Of a DNA stretch of 64,000 nucleotides, positions 10,171 to 17,849 are shown in pieces. The position numbers and the translations under genes are program-made. Source of the DNA: an uncultured virus (IMG/VR IMGVR_UViG_3300044629_000710) (lineage: Duplodnaviria > Heunggongvirae > Uroviricota > Caudoviricetes); IMG/VR virus record IMGVR_UViG_3300044629_000710, one strand, 5' to 3'. The first letter of the stretch is position 1. Every line of letters begins with the position of its first letter. The notes under the pieces were generated by a model. The model was not told the DNA's origin, searched no databases, and saw nothing but the letters and a program-made list of their open reading frames with translations.

Positions 10171-12195
10171 ATGCCCCGTAACAATCGCATCAGAATTCTT
10201 CGCTCCGAGACGGTGGGTCAGAACGCAACTGACCTGACCGCAGGTGAGCCATTCATCAACATCGCAGAGAGACGGCTCGTCGTGGGTGGCACAGGAAGCA
10301 ACACCCCCATCGGCTTCAGGAGCGAGCGGGATAGTGTCTGGTCCGTCAACGGCAAGACCGGAGCATATGCCTTGCCTCTCGCTTCGGTTCAGGGTGGATC
10401 AACTCCCGCGGTTACTGGTGTTGCGATGTTTGATTGCAACAACTTTGTCATAGACCAATTCGGCAAGGTATCGGTTGGATTTGGGGACCAATGCTTCCAG
10501 TGTCCTCCGGGGGCATGTGATTGGCCAAACGGTTCAAGCACTCGGTGGGGCGGAATCGGTGCCACATTCGACGAGAGCGGACGGCTCATGGCCTTCATCT
10601 TGAATGTGAACGGATTGACCGAGGCGGGAGAATCGTCCCGTTCACAATACATTCCCATCTTGCAGTCGGGAACAACCAAGAAAATCACGGCAGAGAAATT
10701 CATCTCGGACAATGCTGCGATATTTACCGCAAAGACAAATACAGGTCAACTGTCCATCACCAAGGACACGGGAACCAACAGCGTTGATTTTGCCATCGTC
10801 ATGGGTGCGGTCGCTGCGGGGGATCAGGGTCTCGTCAAGGGAGCCAGTGCGTTCCAGTACATCACCCAGAACACCGTCAAGTCGATCAACGGTCTCACCG
10901 GTGATATCGGCTGCATCGCGGTCACCTGTGCCGCACAGTCCTTCTCGGGATTGCAAACCTTCCTTCATGGCATTTCGGGTGCGAGTGCAGATTTGGGTAG
11001 GGCACGGATATCGGGTCTGAACTATCCGACTGGAGACGGCAACGACGGCGACTTCATCACGACGGACGGCAACGGCAACCTCTCATGGATAGACATCAAG
11101 GATGCCGTGGGTGCCAGTGCCACCTATTTCATACTTCGGGACGAGAAAGGCAACACATCCCAGATCGATGATGGCAACATCATGACCGTCACGGGCGGAC
11201 CGGGCATCAATGTATTCAAGAATGCCAACGACTCGATTGCCATACAGGGAGTGACCGCCACCAATACCGTGATGGGAATCGCCAGTTACAATTCTAGTCA
11301 ATTCGTAGTTGTAAATGGCTCGGTTTCCACGCTTTCTCTTGGATTGATTGCGGCCAGCGGAGATTATGGAGGTCTTGGGTTCAATCTGGGAGGAACCCTG
11401 ACAATCACGGGAGGGAACGGAATCATCACGGAATTAATTGATTCCGACCTAGATGACACCGCAGATTACATGGCGATCCGTGCCCACGACGCATCCGCCA
11501 CACAAAAAGGTATCGCATCATTCAACTCCTCGCAATTTACGGTCTCCTCGGGTGCGGTGTCGCTTACCTCGGGACTGGTCTACTCCCTCAACGGGCAGAC
11601 TGGCTCGGTGTCCCTGCCGGTCGCGTCAACGAGCCTGACCGGCGTGGCATCGTTCAACACGACCCAGTTCACGGTATCGGCGACAGGACATGTGTCTCTC
11701 GCCACCCCATCGTCAAGTTCGGGAACCAAGACCTACTCCGTCTTCACGGCACTAGACAATCACCCACCGGGAACAAACTATGCCACTTTTGATACCCGTG
11801 CCTCCATCGGTGTCCTTGACTTTGACGGGCTGACCAACGAGGCTGCGGTGTTCGTGGGCATCATTCCCGAAGCCGCCTCGTACGCGAGCATGCAGGCGCG
11901 CGTGAGGTGGATGTCGGCTTCAGCCACCACTGGCAATGTGATATGGGGTATCAAGTGGGAAAACATGAACACCGATTTGGACTCCGAGTCTTATGGCGGC
12001 GTGAGCGAGACCATATCAACCACCGGACTGACCAGCGGTCTGCCCAACAACACCACCATCTCCTGCACGGACTTGGACGGGGTGACAGCCGGAGACCTCT
12101 ACCGAATTTACCTCTATCGCGGTGCCACGGCGACCACGGACACGATGGTCGGCGATGCCCAACTCATCGCGGTTGAGATACGGGGAGTGTCCTAA
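10171..12195 (+). CDS. Fibre protein with Mtd_N-like N-terminus and conserved C-terminal adaptor domain
   Basis: RIRILRS..LTAGEPFIN..RRLVVG; YPTGDG.DG..ITTDGNGNLSW fibre motif; shaft repeats; C-terminus paralogous to ORF 1..1348. Confidence 0.7.
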   Translation: MPRNNRIRILRSETVGQNATDLTAGEPFINIAERRLVVGGTGSNTPIGFRSERDSVWSVNGKTGAYALPLASVQGGSTPAVTGVAMFDCNNFVIDQFGKVSVGFGDQCFQCPPGACDWPNGSSTRWGGIGATFDESGRLMAFILNVNGLTEAGESSRSQYIPILQSGTTKKITAEKFISDNAAIFTAKTNTGQLSITKDTGTNSVDFAIVMGAVAAGDQGLVKGASAFQYITQNTVKSINGLTGDIGCIAVTCAAQSFSGLQTFLHGISGASADLGRARISGLNYPTGDGNDGDFITTDGNGNLSWIDIKDAVGASATYFILRDEKGNTSQIDDGNIMTVTGGPGINVFKNANDSIAIQGVTATNTVMGIASYNSSQFVVVNGSVSTLSLGLIAASGDYGGLGFNLGGTLTITGGNGIITELIDSDLDDTADYMAIRAHDASATQKGIASFNSSQFTVSSGAVSLTSGLVYSLNGQTGSVSLPVASTSLTGVASFNTTQFTVSATGHVSLATPSSSSGTKTYSVFTALDNHPPGTNYATFDTRASIGVLDFDGLTNEAAVFVGIIPEAASYASMQARVRWMSASATTGNVIWGIKWENMNTDLDSESYGGVSETISTTGLTSGLPNNTTISCTDLDGVTAGDLYRIYLYRGATATTDTMVGDAQLIAVEIRGVS

Positions 12196-12878
12196 TGTCC
12201 TACAACCTTGACGGCTCGGTGAGCAACAGCAGGGTCATATTTGATTCTGGGGTTACGGGAACATCTTTACCCCTATCTATCTCATGTTGGTGTTTTTGCA
12301 CGAATGGATTGGATAGCGCGGTCGCCGAGGGAACCAACATGAACATGGTTTCCGTAATGAATTCCGCAAAAACCCACTGGAACTCTTTGTTGTTTGCGAC
12401 TGCAAGCATCAATCAACTGAATGCCAGAATAAGGGCTGGTTCGGTTACTGTTGCCAACCCGACCCCCAGCACGGCTACGGCAAGCGCAACCGGACTGGTA
12501 AACAAGTGGGTTCATGCAGCGGGAGTTTTTGCTAGTGAAACAAGCAGATTTTGCACGGCAAATGGCACGAAATCTTCCGTGCAAACGGCAAGACGATCAA
12601 CCACGGGCATAGTGGATTTAGTCGTCGGTGCTACGGCTGCTTCTCTTACGAGATCCTTTCAGGGGTATTTGGCTGAGGTTGGCATCTGGAACATAGCCCT
12701 GAAAGACGATGACATCAATGCTTTATACAGGGGTGCCAAGCCGACCGCCGTCCAGCCCGACTATCTCGTCCACTATGTGCCTTTCGTTCAGAATACCAAC
12801 GATATCGTTTTTGGTCAATCCCCCAAGACGGTTCAGGGGGCCACCCCGCTCTCTGACCACCCCGCTCGCTACGGCTGA
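12195..12878 (+). CDS. LamG/concanavalin A-like lectin domain protein (paralog of 1348..2193)
   Basis: LSISCW, WVHAAGVF, FQGYLAEVGIWNIALKDDDINAL; TAATG stop/start coupling. Confidence 0.75.
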   Translation: MSYNLDGSVSNSRVIFDSGVTGTSLPLSISCWCFCTNGLDSAVAEGTNMNMVSVMNSAKTHWNSLLFATASINQLNARIRAGSVTVANPTPSTATASATGLVNKWVHAAGVFASETSRFCTANGTKSSVQTARRSTTGIVDLVVGATAASLTRSFQGYLAEVGIWNIALKDDDINALYRGAKPTAVQPDYLVHYVPFVQNTNDIVFGQSPKTVQGATPLSDHPARYG

Positions 12879-12887
12879 CCCAATGAC

Positions 12888-12894
12888 ATAAATA
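12888..12894 (+). promoter_or_regulatory. T4-type late promoter (ATAAATA)
   Basis: Intergenic, upstream of the fibre gene at 12923. Confidence 0.65.
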
Positions 12895-12922
12895 AGGCAG
12901 AACACCCAAAGGAACCAGAGAC

Positions 12923-14551
12923 ATGTTCAACCCACCTACCGGACCGACAAATGGAGCACAGTACACCTACGGCAATGTCGTCTGGCAATACCAGAACCCA
13001 CCCGGTGTCTGGAACATCAAGGATGGAACTCTTGTCGGCACGGATGGTGTCGGTGTGTCCGGTTTCAGGTTGATTGGTAATGACCTGTATTTCCACTATG
13101 TCTATCCGGGTGGGGTCACATCGAGTGAAATCAATCTCGGAACCGTCGTGGGGGCGGGAACGATTGATGGTGGCTTGACCTTCAACTTCCCGTTCAACAA
13201 CAGCAGCGACCGGATCACGCTCGGAGAGACCCTCAACATCTCCGCGACCGGATCAATCCGTGCGTTCGTAGATAGTGGTACAAACACGGTATTCATTGAT
13301 AACCGATTGGCAACTGTATCTGTTACTGGTGTTGCCTCTTTCACCAGTACGGATTTTACCGTTACTACCGGTCGTGTGTCCCTTGACACTACGAGAACGA
13401 CATGGACCTTAAGAGATTCTAAAAATGCCGTCGAAACCGTTGCTTTCCGTGATACCCTGAACATAACCGGCGGAAGAGGAATTGAAACCGTCCTGAGTGG
13501 AGGACTTGGAACACAAGTACCAGTATTTTCCGTGCTCGGAATTACCGCCAGCAACACAACCATTGGTGTGGCATCGTTCAATGCGGGAGATTTCACCGTC
13601 ACCTCGGGTCAAGTATCCCTAACCGGAGGGCTGGTCAACTCGGTCAACGGCAGGACTGGAAATGTTCTGATTCCTCTCGCCAAAACAGACGGAACCACAG
13701 GTGTCGCCTCGTTCAAGAACGGCGACTTCACCGTGTCGGCTGCGGGAGAGGTATCTCTCACTTCAGGCATCGTCAATTCTATAGAGGGTGTTACTGGTGC
13801 TTTGTCCCTAATAGGAACAAACATCATTGTTGCCTCAGCAGGTAAAACCGTCTCTTTATCTGTACCAAATGCCACGGATGGTGCCACTAAGGGTGTCGCC
13901 TCATTCAAGGCGGGCGATTTCGTGGTCGCAACCGGTGTAGTCTCTCTTACATCCGGTCTCGTAAACACAATCAACGGAGCCACGGGCACCATCCTCGCGG
14001 GCGCGGGCGATGACAGGATCGTCTACACCAGCACGACCGGACTGACCACCAGCCCGACCTTCCTGTTTGACGGGAACACGCTGACCTTCGGCGGGGCGAA
14101 CACGCAGATGATGGTCACGGGTCCGACCTTCGCGTTCGGAGACCTGACCAAGGTCAAGGGTGGTGTCTACACGATGTTCGCGGAGAGTGCCACTGCGTTT
14201 AATTATAGTGGTTCTGATGCAATTATTGAAATTGATCTCACGGATGGAACTATTCAGAAAATCAAAAGAACTGGATTGACTCCTAACATTAGGGTAAAAG
14301 TCGCAAATACGGGGTGGTCCAATGTTCCGGACACGGTCCAGAGCGTCGTGGTGTATCTACAGCAGATCGGGTCTTCCCATACCGGAGAATTCCACTCCAG
14401 CATCGTGGCTGACAGAACCGTCTCGATGTTCGGGGTGACAGGCGGCATAGATGTCTTCACCATCAGCCGATATGCAGTGACAAACAGCACCGGACTCACG
14501 ATGGGCTTCTCAATCGCTGTCGGATTGACCGGAGCAGGAATCGCTTTCTGA
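12923..14551 (+). CDS. Fibre protein with GVASF shaft repeats
   Basis: F.PP..PTNG..YTY....WQY N-terminal module; four GVASF..DF.V..G.VSL repeats; C-terminal beta-rich domain. Confidence 0.7.
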   Translation: MFNPPTGPTNGAQYTYGNVVWQYQNPPGVWNIKDGTLVGTDGVGVSGFRLIGNDLYFHYVYPGGVTSSEINLGTVVGAGTIDGGLTFNFPFNNSSDRITLGETLNISATGSIRAFVDSGTNTVFIDNRLATVSVTGVASFTSTDFTVTTGRVSLDTTRTTWTLRDSKNAVETVAFRDTLNITGGRGIETVLSGGLGTQVPVFSVLGITASNTTIGVASFNAGDFTVTSGQVSLTGGLVNSVNGRTGNVLIPLAKTDGTTGVASFKNGDFTVSAAGEVSLTSGIVNSIEGVTGALSLIGTNIIVASAGKTVSLSVPNATDGATKGVASFKAGDFVVATGVVSLTSGLVNTINGATGTILAGAGDDRIVYTSTTGLTTSPTFLFDGNTLTFGGANTQMMVTGPTFAFGDLTKVKGGVYTMFAESATAFNYSGSDAIIEIDLTDGTIQKIKRTGLTPNIRVKVANTGWSNVPDTVQSVVVYLQQIGSSHTGEFHSSIVADRTVSMFGVTGGIDVFTISRYAVTNSTGLTMGFSIAVGLTGAGIAF

Positions 14552-14590
14552 TTTGGCGACCTATCTACTTGATGAACCGGAGATAATGAC

Positions 14591-17500
14591 ATGCATGGAC
14601 CTTTTATTTGGCGGAAGTTGATCAGAAATCCAAATGGTGTTCCGGGAATTCCTCCAGAGCCGCCGGATCCTTGTTTATGTGAAAATGACGGTTTGCAAAT
14701 AACATGTGATGATTCGGGACCGTATAGTTACAGGGTGTGTTATGACACTTATGGCAATTGCGATCCTACCCTGGGTCTTGAACTCTGTGTAAGAGTTCCT
14801 TTTTGTTATGTTGTGACCGGAACATATGAATGCTGCGAAAACCCATCAGGCACTGAATGTGATGGTCCCTGCCCGTGCGTAACGCCTTGTACTCCTGGAT
14901 TTGAATGTTACGAAGAACCCCCACAGCGAATAGGATGCCCACCAGAAAGAGTAGTGGAGTCTGGTTTGTTTTGTGAGCGTCCTTTCGCCGAAACATCCGA
15001 ATCTTCATTGGCAGTAAATTGGATAGCAAATCCGGCACTAGGTACACAGGACGAACAGGGTGTGCCGTTTCCTAATCCATACTATTATCTCCCCGCCGGA
15101 GATACCAAAATTGAATCAAGTCTGCTGTGCCTGAACTACTCTTCGGCAAATACCCAATCTTACAGAAGATTGATGTTGATTTCGGGAAAAAATAGAGACC
15201 TATACGGCGGTCCTTCCTGTGCGTATTATCGAAAAGGATATAATCCAAATTCTGTTTTGGATAATTATCCGTGGGAGGGAATCTCATACGGACTTACCCA
15301 TATCGGATACGAACAGTCTTCCATCGGAAGAGGTTTGGGTGCTGGACAGTCTATATTTGGTGGCACATTCCCCATGGAAGATGCGGTGCTGCAACTTCCT
15401 CTTTTTGGTGCTGAAGAAAGAGGGATTTATGACAATCCGGAGTGTCCCGATTCTCCTTGCTGCGAGGGAAATCTTCCTCCCGACGAAAATTGCTTGATTT
15501 GTGGAGAAGTGTACAATCCCACCAAAGGAGAACCTTCCGATGGATACGGGCATTACCTTCCGAAAGACCAGGGATCAACAGCAGGATATTTCTCATTTGC
15601 CTGCTTCAATCCCCAGTCATATTTGTATAATCCCCGCGTGATGTCAGATCAGGCAAGAAACAGAATCGAGTTTCCCACATGTTCTCTTTGGGCATACATC
15701 AAAGGAATCAGGAACTACATTTACAATGTCGAGAGGCAATACGAATCAACCAGTAATCAAAATTGCGCCGATCTTGGTCCGGAGTTCTGCGCCTGCGGAG
15801 AAACCGCGGCGGACATCAATTGGGCAAACGGAACAAATGACGGCGAATCTTGGTGGAAAAACATCGATCCGGGTGGAACGAATGCCGCCGGTACAAGCAA
15901 TGTTCGATTGGTTCTTGACCAGTTGGAAAATCGCGTCGAGAAGATCAGGGTTTATAACGAATCTTCAGGATCATCATGCGATACTCCAGGAGGATATCAT
16001 CTTGTCACACCAAAAGTATTCCTGTGGGACGCGGATGCTTTCATAAATGCGAGCATACAAGACAGGTGGAAACACATTTACACAATAGGATACTCCAATA
16101 TCCTATGGGACTCTGGTTGTACGAATACTCAAGATACTGTTTTTGATCCAGAAAGTGGCACCACGGGATTTGTTCCCGGTGTTAGAAATGAGATGCTGTA
16201 CATCGATAATGTGTGTCACGAAGTGGGTGTGGGTTCCACGGGAGCGGCTCGACTAATTTCTTGGATGGGATGTGGTGGCGATCCCACACCTGGAGTATAT
16301 GCCGACTATCTTCGTGGACTTCGTTGTGACGGGAGAAACTATGGATCTCCGATACCGACCCAGCAGCCAAGCGAATTTGATTGTACGGATTGCCTTTTGG
16401 ATCGGGATGGAATAAAGGATTGCGAATTTCCTTTCTGGACGGGATATTATGATCGTTCTGTGACTGCGTGCGAGAATTATTCTATTGGAGTTTGCCCGTC
16501 TTCCGTGGTATCCGTGTGCAATTCCGGTGGTTACTGGACTGGTATGTTCTATTCAGCGAATAATAGCGTGTTTCCTATTGGCGATGAAGCAGAAGACCTA
16601 TATCCAGGAAAATGGCAGGTGGCATTTGGAGCCAATAACGGCAATTGTCCATCCAACAGCACTGTATCTAAACTCGCAACTCGAGTGAGTCATGGTTCAG
16701 GAAACAATTGGACGGGTTCGCATGATGTCTACCAATGGTCTGTGGCAATAAAGACAAACAATAAAATGCAGCAATGGGGCGGGGGTGGGTATGATGATCC
16801 AAATGATGGTGGAATAAAAGGCACTCAAGTATACGGTGATGGCTTTAACTATGCTTATGTTAAGTTCCCAAGCACAATCACTGATGTGTCTAAAGTTACA
16901 ATCAGCGGAATACATGGACTTGCTCTGAAATCAGATGGTGGGTTGACTGCTTGGGGATTGTCTGGTTCGTTTGGAGTCGGCCAAAAGTCTGTCCAAAACA
17001 CTCCGTCCACAGGAACCTTTATTGATGTCGCCGCCGGTGGATTCGTTAAGTATTGTGCCGGTCCTCCTCAACAGTTCTATCTGACCAGCGTGTCGGGTGC
17101 CGTGAAAAATACGGGCGAATTGGTCTTGTGGGGAGACAACAATTGGGGTCAGATTGGTCCTGATACTCTCGAGAATCCTTACCAAAGAACTTTCTGTGTA
17201 GACACATTCCAAGGTGGAGCATTCCCACCTCCGGCAATAGTTCCTGCACCTTCAAATGCCGAACTTTCCGCGGAAGGGGGTTGTACGGCAGTTTGTTTTG
17301 GTGGAAGAGCAACAGGAGTGATCACAAATTCTCCAGTAGACGGTGTTCCCCAATACAAAGTAAAGGTGTGGGGGTGGAAAGGATGGACAGCGAATCCTCT
17401 CGTTTATGTAAACTACTTGGATGTTCCTTCCAAGGGGGTTAAGAACATCAAACAACTGGTCATTCTCGACCCCTTCTGTTGTGTCGCATTGAAGCACGAT

Positions 17501-17731
17501 GGAACCATAATCGGATGGGGGACATTGAACATTGCAGAGACTTACGGGGGTATTTCTGTAAACGGGTGGGGCTGGGATAAACTCGTTGAAAGAGGTATAA
17601 CAAATGAAACCAATGTCGTTGAGATTACCGGAATAGCCAACGAAAGTGTTGTTGTCAGAAGAGCGGACGGAAGCATCGGAATTTATTCGGCAATCTCCAT
17701 TCCGAGATTTAATGTCCCTTACTGCCCCTAA
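14591..17731 (+). CDS. Cys-rich 1046-aa protein with C-terminal RCC1/BLIP-II-like repeats (putative receptor-binding protein)
   Basis: Many Cys in the N-terminal two thirds; HGLALKSDGGLTAWG, VKNTGELVLWGDNNWGQ and VALKHDGTIIGWG repeats; visibly lower GC than neighbours. Confidence 0.6.
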   Translation: MHGPFIWRKLIRNPNGVPGIPPEPPDPCLCENDGLQITCDDSGPYSYRVCYDTYGNCDPTLGLELCVRVPFCYVVTGTYECCENPSGTECDGPCPCVTPCTPGFECYEEPPQRIGCPPERVVESGLFCERPFAETSESSLAVNWIANPALGTQDEQGVPFPNPYYYLPAGDTKIESSLLCLNYSSANTQSYRRLMLISGKNRDLYGGPSCAYYRKGYNPNSVLDNYPWEGISYGLTHIGYEQSSIGRGLGAGQSIFGGTFPMEDAVLQLPLFGAEERGIYDNPECPDSPCCEGNLPPDENCLICGEVYNPTKGEPSDGYGHYLPKDQGSTAGYFSFACFNPQSYLYNPRVMSDQARNRIEFPTCSLWAYIKGIRNYIYNVERQYESTSNQNCADLGPEFCACGETAADINWANGTNDGESWWKNIDPGGTNAAGTSNVRLVLDQLENRVEKIRVYNESSGSSCDTPGGYHLVTPKVFLWDADAFINASIQDRWKHIYTIGYSNILWDSGCTNTQDTVFDPESGTTGFVPGVRNEMLYIDNVCHEVGVGSTGAARLISWMGCGGDPTPGVYADYLRGLRCDGRNYGSPIPTQQPSEFDCTDCLLDRDGIKDCEFPFWTGYYDRSVTACENYSIGVCPSSVVSVCNSGGYWTGMFYSANNSVFPIGDEAEDLYPGKWQVAFGANNGNCPSNSTVSKLATRVSHGSGNNWTGSHDVYQWSVAIKTNNKMQQWGGGGYDDPNDGGIKGTQVYGDGFNYAYVKFPSTITDVSKVTISGIHGLALKSDGGLTAWGLSGSFGVGQKSVQNTPSTGTFIDVAAGGFVKYCAGPPQQFYLTSVSGAVKNTGELVLWGDNNWGQIGPDTLENPYQRTFCVDTFQGGAFPPPAIVPAPSNAELSAEGGCTAVCFGGRATGVITNSPVDGVPQYKVKVWGWKGWTANPLVYVNYLDVPSKGVKNIKQLVILDPFCCVALKHDGTIIGWGTLNIAETYGGISVNGWGWDKLVERGITNETNVVEITGIANESVVVRRADGSIGIYSAISIPRFNVPYCP

Positions 17732-17747
17732 CACAAAGCACTTCGAC

Positions 17748-17807
17748 TTGCTTTCCCTGAAATCCTCGGGTATCCTTCGTGGCTTCTGGTCATCGAGGGG
17801 CTAAATA
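17748..17807 (+). promoter_or_regulatory. Sigma70-like promoter (TTGCTT-N17-TATCCT) plus late promoter (CTAAATA, 17801-17807) for nrdJ
   Basis: Motifs read directly in the intergenic region; the late box is flanked by the inverted repeat CGAGGG/CCCTCG. Confidence 0.5.
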
Positions 17808-17849
17808 CCCTCGCCCTCAAAACCAAGAACGAACCACGGAGATTGATTC

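Noticed and set aside
2757..17731. Diversity-generating retroelement suggested by Mtd_N-like domains and near-identical repeats
   Set aside because: No reverse transcriptase in the window; repeat differences are mostly synonymous rather than adenine-specific, and no non-coding template repeat was seen.
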